DNA from: Deltaproteobacteria bacterium
GTDB taxonomy: Bacteria > Myxococcota_A > Polyangia > Fen-1088
Direction: 5' to 3'
Assembly (NCBI GenBank): GCA_033763315.1
Contig: JANRKS010000001.1
Location: 224,001-288,000 of the forward strand
DNA length: 64,000 nucleotides
The notes beneath the pieces were generated by a model that was given only the letters and a program-made list of their open reading frames with translations, did no database searches and had not been told where the DNA came from. The translations under genes and the position numbers were made by a program. Of the stretch, positions 28,770 to 37,806 are shown in pieces (position 1 is the stretch's first letter; each line of letters opens with the position of its first letter).

Positions 28770-29540
28770 TCAGAACGTGATGGTCAAGCCGCCATCGGCG
28801 ACCAACGTGTGGCCGGTGACATAGCTGCAATCATCAGAGGCCAAAAACAGCGCCACGGCTGCCACCTCGCTGGCGGTGCCCGGCCGCGCCAAAGGAATCT
28901 TCCGCTTACCTACGTACCATTGCGCGAAGTCTGCGGTGGTGGTCTCGTCGACGCCGTCGACGATCGATAGCGGTGTATGAATGCAACCGGGCGCGATGGC
29001 GTTCACCAAGATGCCGTCAGGCGCCAGATCAACCGCCAACGATCGCGTGAACGCATGCAGGGCGCCTTTTGACGCCGTATACGCACCCAATCTGCCTTCC
29101 GTCGCGATCGCCTGCGCCGAACCCACATTGATGATCCGGGCGTGGTTGCTTTGCCGCAAAGCTTCGAGGCTGGCTTTGCAGCCAAGTCGAACCGCCCCAA
29201 GGTTGACGTCCATCACCCGTTGCCAGGCCGCATCTGTATCGTGCGCGATGTGCGCGTACGGCGAAACGGCCGCATTGTTCACCAAAATGTCGACGCCGCC
29301 GAAGCGCGTGCGGGTTTGCTGCACACAGGCCTGCCACGCCTCGGCGTTCGTGATGTCAAACGGGAAGGCATGTGCACCCAAAGACGCACACGTTTCCTTG
29401 AGCTCCGTCTCTAAAACGTCAATGCCAATAACGTGTGCGCCTTGCTGAACAAAGGTGGCAACGATGCCAGCGCCTATGCCACGCGCCGCCCCTGTGACGA
29501 TGGCCACGCGCCCCGCAAGTCGATCTCTGCCAAGATTCAT
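28770..29540 (-). CDS. SDR family NAD(P)-dependent oxidoreductase (probable sugar dehydrogenase)
   Basis: TGAARGIG, NNAA, YTASK, PG, ADGG. Confidence 0.93.
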   Translation of the reverse strand: MNLGRDRLAGRVAIVTGAARGIGAGIVATFVQQGAHVIGIDVLETELKETCASLGAHAFPFDITNAEAWQACVQQTRTRFGGVDILVNNAAVSPYAHIAHDTDAAWQRVMDVNLGAVRLGCKASLEALRQSNHARIINVGSAQAIATEGRLGAYTASKGALHAFTRSLAVDLAPDGILVNAIAPGCIHTPLSIVDGVDETTTADFAQWYVGKRKIPLARPGTASEVAAVALFLASDDCSYVTGHTLVADGGLTITF

Positions 29541-30295
29541 TGGCGCGCCTTCTGCAGATTGTGGAACTCGAGCGCCGCTTGCTGCAGATGCTTCGTCATG
29601 TGCCGGCTTGCGGCGGCGGCGTCCCGACGTTTCACGGCCTTCAGGATCTGCACATGCTGTTTGAGTGCCTGATCAAGGTCGTGGTGTTCAGAAATGTGCC
29701 GCGCTTCGCGCTCTTCAATGACGTCGAAAAGGACCTTGCACAAAGATGCCAAAACAACGTTCCCGGCAGCCTCAACAAGGGTGCGGTGAAACGCAACGTC
29801 AGCGCGCCAAAACGCTTCGGCGCGACGTTCCTTGCAAGCGGCCTCCATGGCCGTCACCGCCGCCGTAAGAGTGTCTATCTGGACAGGGCTCGCATGTGTC
29901 GCCGACAAAGCCGCGATCGGCGGCTCAAGAATAAGCCGCGTTTCATACATCGTTTGCAGTGGCACCTCGTGCAAGCCGGACAACATGGAGAGGCCTTCGC
30001 TCGGCAGGCGCGGGGGACCATCGACCACGAAGGTTCCCGAGCCATGGCGTGAATCGATCACGCCCAAGCCAAGAAGCGTGGAGAGCGCCGTACGAAGGCT
30101 GCCCCGCGATACGCCGAACTTTTGCGCCAGCGCACGCTCGGCGGGCAGCCGCGTTCCAGGACGCAACTCACGCCGATGGATCATCTGGCGGATGCGTGCC
30201 ACCACCATGTCTGACGTGGCGCCGCCGCTGGGTGCACGCTGCGCCTTTGCCTGCGTGGCGGTGCGGAGCGCGGGAGACAACGATCGCTGCGGCAT
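29537..30295 (-). CDS. FadR/GntR family transcriptional regulator
   Basis: LRPGTRLPAERALAQKFGVSRGSLR wHTH; FCD domain (DVAFH, GN, QH, H). Confidence 0.92.
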   Translation of the reverse strand: MPQRSLSPALRTATQAKAQRAPSGGATSDMVVARIRQMIHRRELRPGTRLPAERALAQKFGVSRGSLRTALSTLLGLGVIDSRHGSGTFVVDGPPRLPSEGLSMLSGLHEVPLQTMYETRLILEPPIAALSATHASPVQIDTLTAAVTAMEAACKERRAEAFWRADVAFHRTLVEAAGNVVLASLCKVLFDVIEEREARHISEHHDLDQALKQHVQILKAVKRRDAAAASRHMTKHLQQAALEFHNLQKARQ

Positions 30296-30312
30296 AAGTG
30301 GTTCGACCACTT
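30296..30312. promoter_or_regulatory. FadR/GntR-type autoregulatory operator
   Basis: Perfect palindrome AAGTGGT-TCG-ACCACTT abutting the regulator start; same form as PdhR/LldR TGGT-N3-ACCA boxes. Confidence 0.8.
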
Positions 30313-30394
30313 TGGCGCGCGCCGGAGCCTGGATCAAGGCGAAATGCAACGCAACATTGGTTTGCCGACTTAGATCAGCGGTGCAAGATATGTC

Positions 30395-30886
30395 TCAAAC
30401 CACCTTGGAATAGAAGAGCGACCCGCCCGTTGCGTCGCCATAGACCGCTTGACCTAATCCGAAACGCTCGTAGGTGCGGCGCGCGCGATGGTTGTTCTCT
30501 TGCACTTCAAGCGTGATCTTCACGCAGCCGAGCGCCTGCGCTTTGGCCTGCACGGCACAAAGCAAAGCGTGCCCCACACCACGCCCACGATGCTCCGGCA
30601 ACACCGCCAGATCGTGAATGTTGATGAGCGGCCGCGCCGCAAACGTGGAGAACCCAAGAAAGCATGTGGCGATGCCGACCGCACTGCCCTGCACCAAAGC
30701 CAAGAAGACCATGGTGGTGGGATGCGCCCGCAGCGCTGGAATCAGCCTTTGCAGCACCTCGGGCGCCAAAGGCGCGCCGTTGCCCATTGCATCCATGGCG
30801 TAAGCGGAGGTGAGTGCGACGATTGACTGTTGATGCGAGGGGTTCGCCAAATCAGCTTCGATGATCTGAGGCAGGGATGTTGTCAT
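30395..30886 (-). CDS. GNAT family N-acetyltransferase
   Basis: IHDLAVLPEHRGRGVG motif A; LEVQENNHRARRTYERFG. Confidence 0.92.
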   Translation of the reverse strand: MTTSLPQIIEADLANPSHQQSIVALTSAYAMDAMGNGAPLAPEVLQRLIPALRAHPTTMVFLALVQGSAVGIATCFLGFSTFAARPLINIHDLAVLPEHRGRGVGHALLCAVQAKAQALGCVKITLEVQENNHRARRTYERFGLGQAVYGDATGGSLFYSKVV

Positions 30887-31009
30887 GTCGAAGTCTTCGG
30901 GGGTGGATTCCACAAGCGCTGGTTGCGGTCGTGGTCCGGTATTTTGAACTCGGCAACGCGGGGCTTGGATTTGCGTCCCTCACGCTGCGCTTGCTTTCAG
31001 CTGACAGTC

Positions 31010-31291
31010 CTACTTCACACAGCGCCTATAAACGACTTTGCCGCCGTGGCCGACCGCGAATGGCTCCCATCCTTCTGGTGCCGTATCAGTGTGCGGTTTG
31101 TCCATCTCTGGCAAGGGGGCATTGAGGTCGATCACCGGTGGCAGCGTTGCTGTTTGCCATTGTTTGCACACCGCAGGAGCACCTTCGTAGCCGGCTTTCG
31201 CGAAGGTCGCTTGAAAGGAAGCGGTTGCCAAGATTGTGGCCGCCGCCGTCCCCACGACCCATACCCACACTTTTAAATTGCCATTGCGCAT
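31010..31291 (-). CDS. Small secreted or membrane-anchored hypothetical protein
   Basis: N-terminal TM; CKQW...PEGWEPF...YRRC. Confidence 0.6.
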   Translation of the reverse strand: MRNGNLKVWVWVVGTAAATILATASFQATFAKAGYEGAPAVCKQWQTATLPPVIDLNAPLPEMDKPHTDTAPEGWEPFAVGHGGKVVYRRCVK

Positions 31292-31363
31292 GGAGCCTAG
31301 TTTCCCCCCGACGTTTCACGTTGGCCAGCGGAACTTACTGTGCTCACCGTTGTGATACCATCG

Positions 31364-32464
31364 ATGACCATGGCGCAGACGACGGCCCTCGGATCGATCA
31401 CGGTTGTTTTGTTGATCACGTTGAGCTGCTCGTCAGGGGGCAACACCAGCGAAGATGCAGACGCCGCTGGTGCTGGTTCAGGCGGCGTGGGTGGCCGCGC
31501 TTTCAGTGATGGCGGCACAGCAGGCGATGGTGGCAAAGCGGCCACCACGGGGGCGGCCGGTGGCGGCGGCCAAGCAGGCGGCGGCGGGGTGGGTGCAGCT
31601 GCAGGTGCGATGGCCAGCGGTGGAACGGGGGGCGCAGGATCGGGCACGGGCGGCATGGGGGGTGCGAGCGCTGCAAAACCAAGCGCTGGTTGTGCGAAAG
31701 GCACCGGGCGCCCCGCAGGCGGCGTGGTCGCGGTGGCACAAAATTATTCGTTCACGTTTCCCGCCACGTACGACGGCAAAACGCCGTTCCCGGTGTTCAT
31801 TGGCTTTCATGGCTGTGGCGCGGGAAACCGCGGCACCGAAACAAGCAACACGGAATGGATTTCGCTTTCTAAGGGCACCGCGTTTGAAACCCAATATGTG
31901 CGCGCGGTGCCCGTCTCGTCGGACGCCGGTGGCTGTTGGAACTACGCGAACGACATTCCACGCGTCACCAAGATGTTTGACGAGTTGCTGGCAAATCATT
32001 GCGTTGACACAAGCCGCGTGTTCGCAACTGGCCACAGCTCAGGCGCACAACTTCTCGTTCAAATTCTCACCGACAAGCATGTGGCCGACGCGCAGCATTT
32101 GGGCTTTGCAGGTGTGGCGCCCGTGGCCGCTTCCGATTACGGCGTGATCAAGGGACCGATCCCCGTGATGTACATCCAGGGCAAGATGGACAAGGAGCGT
32201 TCGAACGGTGATGGCCACGAGGCGGTCGCTCGGTTCACCGCCGCGAACACGTGTGGTGGCACCTCTGCCGCTTACACGCAGGTGGTGGCTTGCAAAAGCC
32301 AAGCTGGTGGCGGGCAGGTGAATCCTGGGTGCGTGAAGTACGACGCTTGCAAAGCGCCCACCATCTGGTGCTCGCACAACGATCCGTTCTACAGCGGCAC
32401 TATGCACGGCGTGCCTTGCTTTGGCATGAAGGCCATGGTCGACTTTTTTGCCAGCGTGCCGTGA
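31364..32464 (+). CDS. Alpha/beta-hydrolase lipoprotein (CE1 feruloyl esterase/PHB depolymerase-like)
   Basis: Lipobox TLS-C; Gly-rich linker; SAGC, GFHG, CVDTSRVFATGHSSG, QGKMD. Confidence 0.8.
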   Translation: MTMAQTTALGSITVVLLITLSCSSGGNTSEDADAAGAGSGGVGGRAFSDGGTAGDGGKAATTGAAGGGGQAGGGGVGAAAGAMASGGTGGAGSGTGGMGGASAAKPSAGCAKGTGRPAGGVVAVAQNYSFTFPATYDGKTPFPVFIGFHGCGAGNRGTETSNTEWISLSKGTAFETQYVRAVPVSSDAGGCWNYANDIPRVTKMFDELLANHCVDTSRVFATGHSSGAQLLVQILTDKHVADAQHLGFAGVAPVAASDYGVIKGPIPVMYIQGKMDKERSNGDGHEAVARFTAANTCGGTSAAYTQVVACKSQAGGGQVNPGCVKYDACKAPTIWCSHNDPFYSGTMHGVPCFGMKAMVDFFASVP

Positions 32465-32500
32465 TGGTCCGCGCGCTTGAAACGTGGCTGCGCGACGCTT

Positions 32501-33895
32501 CTAAACTTTGATCTCGCTGTACTCGCCTGGGGGGCCGAACTTGCCGAATTGGTTGATCGGCGCGCCGCCGGGCGTACGTAGGCCCATCACGTTGGCAAGC
32601 GTGGTGAGCAGCTTGTTGCTGGGGGCGTCTTCGACAAGGGTTTTGTTGCCGAGGGCCAAGGGGTCGGGGTTCTGGCTTAGCTTCATGTATGCGCCCTGCT
32701 TTAAGCTGCCGCCGCCACTGCCCGCAATGACGAACGGCAAATCGCGATAATGGTGCTCTTTGCCCTCAGACAACTCATTCAGCCAAAGCACCACGCTGTT
32801 ATCTAAGATTGTGCCGTCCACATCGATGTAAGCGTTAAGTCGATCCACAAGATAACGAAACTGCTGCGCGTGCCAAGCGTCGATCTGTGCCAAGAGTGTG
32901 CTGGCGCTGGCGAGAACGGGACCACCGAAAGAGACCAAGCGGTGCGAAAGCAGATGGTGCTCTTGTTTGTGGCCAAGCCAACCAAACGTATTGGTGTGAG
33001 CGCCCGGGCCGAACATCATTGTGGCCACGTGCGTGTGGCCGCACGCGATGGCCAGGCTCATAACGTCCAAATGCAAGCGCGAAAGCCGCTCGAACCAATC
33101 ATCGGCCGCCAGTTTGGTTGCATCAATGCCATCCAGCTGGGCCGAGGTGCTGGCGTCCAACGCGCACGTGGCGTTGAGTTGACCTTCCACTTCACGCAAG
33201 CTTGTGAAGTGTAGATCCAGCTTGTCTCGATCGCTTTTGCTCAGCCTCGATGACGCCTGCAACGACGTGAACTGAGCGCGCACGACGTCCAAGATGCTTT
33301 CGCGGCGTTTGGTGATGCGCGCCAACACTGCGGGATCTGCAGCGGAAAGGCCGGCGAAGTCTTTGTAGATCTTGGCGGGATTTGGCTCTGTGGGCGTGGG
33401 CTTGCGCGGCGCCGTGAACGACAGATACATCGAATCGCCTTGGCCACGCTTGCCAACGATGGCCGCGAGACCGGGGCGTTTGCCTGGATTGATTTGCGCG
33501 GCGATCGCTTGATCCAAAGAGATCCCATCCGCCAATCCGCCCGACACCGAAGACGCCGTCAGCCGCGTGCAGGTGCCCAGCTGGTGGTCGTTGACGTTCA
33601 CATCTTTTCCATGGCCGCGCGGCGCCCCATGCAGGCCCCGCAGCACCAGCAGCTTGTCCTCAATGCCTGCCAATGGGGCCAGGCCCGTGCCCAGCAGCAT
33701 GTCTTTCGATAAACGACCCGGTTGCCCCTTGGGCCAGAAGCTGGTGACGTCGATGCCGCACGATTGAAACATCACCACGAATCGTTTCTGTGCCGCCGTG
33801 GCCGCGCGTGCGGACGACAACGATTCCAACCAAGGTACAGCCAACGCTACGCCCCCCGCTCCACGCAAAAACAAACGACGAGACGCTGGTTTCAT
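32501..33895 (-). CDS. DUF1552 domain protein (Tat-exported)
   Basis: SRRLFLRGAGG; ISLDQAIA; LDLHFTSLREVE; HLLSH; DGTILDNSVVLW. Confidence 0.88.
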   Translation of the reverse strand: MKPASRRLFLRGAGGVALAVPWLESLSSARAATAAQKRFVVMFQSCGIDVTSFWPKGQPGRLSKDMLLGTGLAPLAGIEDKLLVLRGLHGAPRGHGKDVNVNDHQLGTCTRLTASSVSGGLADGISLDQAIAAQINPGKRPGLAAIVGKRGQGDSMYLSFTAPRKPTPTEPNPAKIYKDFAGLSAADPAVLARITKRRESILDVVRAQFTSLQASSRLSKSDRDKLDLHFTSLREVEGQLNATCALDASTSAQLDGIDATKLAADDWFERLSRLHLDVMSLAIACGHTHVATMMFGPGAHTNTFGWLGHKQEHHLLSHRLVSFGGPVLASASTLLAQIDAWHAQQFRYLVDRLNAYIDVDGTILDNSVVLWLNELSEGKEHHYRDLPFVIAGSGGGSLKQGAYMKLSQNPDPLALGNKTLVEDAPSNKLLTTLANVMGLRTPGGAPINQFGKFGPPGEYSEIKV

Positions 33896-35574
33896 GGGGC
33901 CTCCGTTTCGTCGCGGTGAAATAGGAAGGCGTCACTGGTGGCGATGTTGGCCAGCAGTTCCACCAGCGGCAGTTCCTTCGACTTAAGCGCATCGGTTACC
34001 GCTTGCACCGCGCATTCGTCATCGCTGGTCAGGGAACGCGCGAGCGCATAGTTAAGCCAGGCGCTGCCGTAACACGATTTGGCTTCGTCGCTTTGGGCGA
34101 TGCCACGGATGAGTTCCAAGGCGTTCGCGAAACCCACATCACCCTTTTCTAAAGACACGCTGCCTTGCGTGTTCACAGGCTGCCCGTTGTCCGTGGTGCG
34201 TCTTTGCCCGACGCCATCGAAGCCTTCGAACGCAAAACCGGGAGGGTTGATCAGCTGGTGGCAGCCATTGCAAGCCGGCGCGGCCGTTTGCTTGGCGATT
34301 AAGTCGCGCGTGGTCATGCCCGCTTCAAGCGGCGGCAGCGTGGTGTCCACATCTGCCGGAGGCGCTGGCGTTTGCATGCAGAGAATGTTGCGAAGCACAA
34401 AGGCGCCGCGAAGGACCGGTGCCGTTGCATCTGCGTGAGCGTGCGACGCCAAAAAGCCCAGCTGGGTGAGCAGGCCGGCGCGTTGATTGGTGTCAAGCTC
34501 CACCTGCACCATTTCGGCGTCCGACGCCGCGTTGATCGGCACACCATAGAGTTTCGCCATGCGTCGGTTGGCAAACGTGGTGGTTGAAGTCAGCAGGCTT
34601 TCGAAGCCGAGGTTCTTGTGGAACACGTGGCGCGCGAACAGTTGCACTTCGTTGTCGAAAGCCGGCCCGAGATCGGCGCCGAAATCTTTGGATAGTTTCG
34701 GATCACGTTGCAAATCCAGATAAGCGTCCGTGGCCATGAACTGCGCGTGAAAGTCGCCCACCACATCGTCGGCGCGGGGATCAGACAGCATGCGTCTGAC
34801 TTGTGCTTCAATGTCCCGCCGCGCGGACAAGTGCCCCTGGCGCGCCGCCTCGAACAGTTCGTCGTCGGGCATGCTGTTCCACAACAGATACGAGAGCGAA
34901 GACGCCAATGCATACGGTTCGGGCAACCGCGCGTTTTGACCCACGCTGATGTCCTGCAAGGCGGACCTGTAGATAAACTGGGGCGACATCAGCATCGCCT
35001 GTACAACCCACGATACGCCGTTTGCGAATGCCTCGTCCGCGGTCCCATCCATCTGCGCTGCGCGAAACAGCGCCTCGAACGATGTCTGCTCGGGCTCGGT
35101 TAGCGGACGCCGAAAGGCCTTGGCGCCGAACGAGCGAACGAACGCAGCACTGCAAGTGGCTTCAGTGGGTGAACAAGGCACCAGCTTGCCGCGTGTCATT
35201 GGATCGCGCATCAGCTTCTGGCCCGCGGCTTCAGCCACGCGTTGATAATCGCGCGCAAGCGGGCCCGGCACAAACAGGGTTTCGTCGTTGTTGGAAAACC
35301 GCGTAAGCGACGGATCTAGGGTCATCGCTCCCACCGCGCTGGTTTCATCGCCCAGCAAGTCTCGGAGTGTGTTGCGGTATTGCCTGTGGGTCAGCCGCTG
35401 CAGCCGAGGCTTAACCACCAGCCGGCTCGGGCAGCCCACCGCGTTGGGGGTGGCCTTGCCGCCCGCATCGTCCTCGCTTGGCAGGGGGTTGCGAGAGGTT
35501 TGCGCACCAGGCGCGCAAGCGGCGACCGCGGCCGAACAGACAATGGCTATGGCACGTGAGGACCGAAACAACAT
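33892..35574 (-). CDS. DUF1587/1595/1592/1588/1585 domain lipoprotein with CxxCH
   Basis: RLTHRQYRNTLRDLLG, AFRRPL, LSYLLWNSMPD, RAGLLTQ, CNGCH; GGAGG RBS. Confidence 0.9.
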   Translation of the reverse strand: MLFRSSRAIAIVCSAAVAACAPGAQTSRNPLPSEDDAGGKATPNAVGCPSRLVVKPRLQRLTHRQYRNTLRDLLGDETSAVGAMTLDPSLTRFSNNDETLFVPGPLARDYQRVAEAAGQKLMRDPMTRGKLVPCSPTEATCSAAFVRSFGAKAFRRPLTEPEQTSFEALFRAAQMDGTADEAFANGVSWVVQAMLMSPQFIYRSALQDISVGQNARLPEPYALASSLSYLLWNSMPDDELFEAARQGHLSARRDIEAQVRRMLSDPRADDVVGDFHAQFMATDAYLDLQRDPKLSKDFGADLGPAFDNEVQLFARHVFHKNLGFESLLTSTTTFANRRMAKLYGVPINAASDAEMVQVELDTNQRAGLLTQLGFLASHAHADATAPVLRGAFVLRNILCMQTPAPPADVDTTLPPLEAGMTTRDLIAKQTAAPACNGCHQLINPPGFAFEGFDGVGQRRTTDNGQPVNTQGSVSLEKGDVGFANALELIRGIAQSDEAKSCYGSAWLNYALARSLTSDDECAVQAVTDALKSKELPLVELLANIATSDAFLFHRDETEAP

Positions 35575-35733
35575 GGCGCCTCCATCCCACAAGACCGTGG
35601 GCTTGATCGTGGATACGGCTGTCCCGACCACAGATCAAGCGGAACTAAACAGAAATGTACCTTATTATCACAAAATATATCGTAAACGTCCCAATTTATA
35701 CCATTGGTCATAGGCGGTCAGGCATAAATGCGA

Positions 35734-35749
35734 TGGCTTTCGGGGTGCT
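35734..35749 (+). promoter_or_regulatory. Candidate sigma-54 promoter
   Basis: TGGC-TTTCGGGG-TGCT (GG-N10-GC), 35 bp upstream of ATG 35784 and downstream of an AT-rich tract. Confidence 0.3.
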
Positions 35750-35783
35750 GAAACCGTTGGCCGCGGCGGACGTATACGCTCCC

Positions 35784-36410
35784 ATGAAAAAATGCGTTTA
35801 TGTGCTGTGGCTATTGGCGGCTTGCGGTTCAGATGGTGCGCCCGCTGCCGACGATAACGATGCAGGCTCGGGTGGCGCCGCGGCCGCGGGCGGAAGCGCC
35901 GGGGCTTCGGCGGGTGGCGGGGGATCTGCTTTGGCTGGCGTGGACGGCGGCCTTGATGCCTCCGCCGGCGGGGTGGGCATAGACGCTGGTGGCATAGACG
36001 CTGGCGCTTTAGCCGGGTCAGGCGAAGCTCAACTGCCACCTACGAACCGGAAGGCGCTGGAGGCCTGGATCGAAAAGGGCTTTTATAAAGCTTGGAAATG
36101 CGAAAGCAGCGTCATGAAGGCCAGGCCCAACGGCGCGCATGGACGCAACCGCGTGTGCTCAAACGCGCTTGCCAGCGCGAACGCTGGTGGTCCCTATGCC
36201 GTTGGTGCGGCTTCGATCAAGGAGATCTATTCAGGCGACAAGATCTCCGTTTACGCTGCCAGCGTGAAGGTGAAAGAAGGAACCGCTGCAAACACCTGGT
36301 ACTGGTACGAAGGCAGCATTGAAGGCATAGGCATCTCAGCGTGTGCTGGCTGCCACGCGCAAAGCGCACAGTATGGCGGCCACGACTATGTTTACATCCA
36401 AGTGAAGTGA
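35784..36410 (+). CDS. Monoheme c-type cytochrome lipoprotein (cytochrome P460-like fold)
   Basis: Lipobox LAA-C; H..NRV..N, GA.SIKE, WYW; C-terminal CAGCH. Confidence 0.65.
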   Translation: MKKCVYVLWLLAACGSDGAPAADDNDAGSGGAAAAGGSAGASAGGGGSALAGVDGGLDASAGGVGIDAGGIDAGALAGSGEAQLPPTNRKALEAWIEKGFYKAWKCESSVMKARPNGAHGRNRVCSNALASANAGGPYAVGAASIKEIYSGDKISVYAASVKVKEGTAANTWYWYEGSIEGIGISACAGCHAQSAQYGGHDYVYIQVK

Positions 36411-36413
36411 GCT

Positions 36414-37592
36414 TTAGTGCCCGGACACTTCCGCGCCGGTGCCCGCTTTTAAGAAGTTGCCGTAGCCCACGATCACGGTGGAACCGACCAACACCGCCAG
36501 GCCTAAGATCACCAACGTTCGTGTGCGACGGCTGGCGCCCTTCCATTCACCAAGGCCTACGCCCCAAAGGGTGCTGAAGATGATGATGCTGGCCATGTGC
36601 AGCGTCCAGCTCGAGAACTCGTACTGGCCCATGCGCGTACTGCCCATCCCGTAGAAGAAAAACTGCATGTACCAAGTGACGCCTGCGAGGGCGGAGAACA
36701 GGTAGTTCATCAACAAGGGCACGGGCAGGCGCTTGCTGGGCGCGCCCGCTGTGCCTGTGCCCGACAGTGCGTTGCCGTGTGAATCCAACACGGCGCCTTC
36801 GTTGCCGGCTTTCACCTGCAAGCTGCTGAAGTATTCGCGTCCGCTGCCGTTGCGAATGTTCAGTATCACGCACCAGATGAAATTGGTGGTGAAGCCGCCT
36901 GCCAACACCACCACCAAGACTGGCAGGTTTTGCCAAAGATCGGCCCTGCCTTGTGCGACCAATTGCGCCTTCGCCAATTCTTTGATCGGCGAACCCGCAT
37001 CCAACCCAAACGCCATGCAGGCGCTCATGATGCCGGAGAAGGTGGCGATAATGAGGCCCTTCACAAAGTTGAATTCCTTGATGACGGCCTTCTTTTGAGC
37101 CTCGGACATCTCCCGCTCTTTGGACATTCCCGCGGCGCCGCTTAAGCCGATGCCCGCCAAACAAAGACCCACGCCCGCCAAAATCACTTGCGAGGGCGCT
37201 GAAGAAATCAGCGTCTGAATTTGCCCCTTGAAGATCGGCGGTATCAACGTGCCGAAGGCGGCACAGAAACCCAGTGCCACGGCCATGCCAAGCGCGATGC
37301 CCAAGTAGCGCATGGTGAGGCCAAAGGTCAAACCTCCGATGCCCCACATGGCCCCGAAGAAGTACGCCCAGAAAATGCTCTGGCTAGGGGCCGCCCGCAA
37401 CACATCCAGGAAGCCCGGCACCAACAGCGTTGCGAGCAACCAGGGCGCCACGATCCAGCTGAAGATCCCACCCACCAACCAATAGGTCTCCCATGACCAC
37501 CGCTTCACGCCGCGGTAGGGAATGTAAAAGCTGGCGGAGGCCAAGCCACCAAGCCAGTGGAAGATCACGCCAATAAAGGGATTGCCTTGCAT
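36414..37592 (-). CDS. rhaT: L-rhamnose/proton symporter RhaT
   Basis: ASFYIPY..VKRWSWETYW, GLTFGLTMRYLG, GGFTTNFIWC, WYMQFFFY, SWTLHMA. Confidence 0.92.
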   Translation of the reverse strand: MQGNPFIGVIFHWLGGLASASFYIPYRGVKRWSWETYWLVGGIFSWIVAPWLLATLLVPGFLDVLRAAPSQSIFWAYFFGAMWGIGGLTFGLTMRYLGIALGMAVALGFCAAFGTLIPPIFKGQIQTLISSAPSQVILAGVGLCLAGIGLSGAAGMSKEREMSEAQKKAVIKEFNFVKGLIIATFSGIMSACMAFGLDAGSPIKELAKAQLVAQGRADLWQNLPVLVVVLAGGFTTNFIWCVILNIRNGSGREYFSSLQVKAGNEGAVLDSHGNALSGTGTAGAPSKRLPVPLLMNYLFSALAGVTWYMQFFFYGMGSTRMGQYEFSSWTLHMASIIIFSTLWGVGLGEWKGASRRTRTLVILGLAVLVGSTVIVGYGNFLKAGTGAEVSGH

Positions 37593-37806
37593 TACAAGAA
37601 CTCCTGCCGTGGGGTCGCTGGGGGTATGCAGTAACGGTCTTGGTGATGGCCAGCCGTATGACTTAAGGAAAGGCGCGCACCATACCGTTTTTCATGGGGC
37701 GCGCAAAGCGCCGCGCGTGCCGGAACCTGGCTAAACGTAAAGGGCAAATCCTCCCAGACGAATTGTCTCGGCCAAACGCCAAAGATATATACAATCAGCG
37801 CCCCAA

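Noticed and set aside
35977-36006. 15-bp tandem duplication (GIDAG x2)
   Set aside because: Ordinary slippage in a Gly-rich lipoprotein linker
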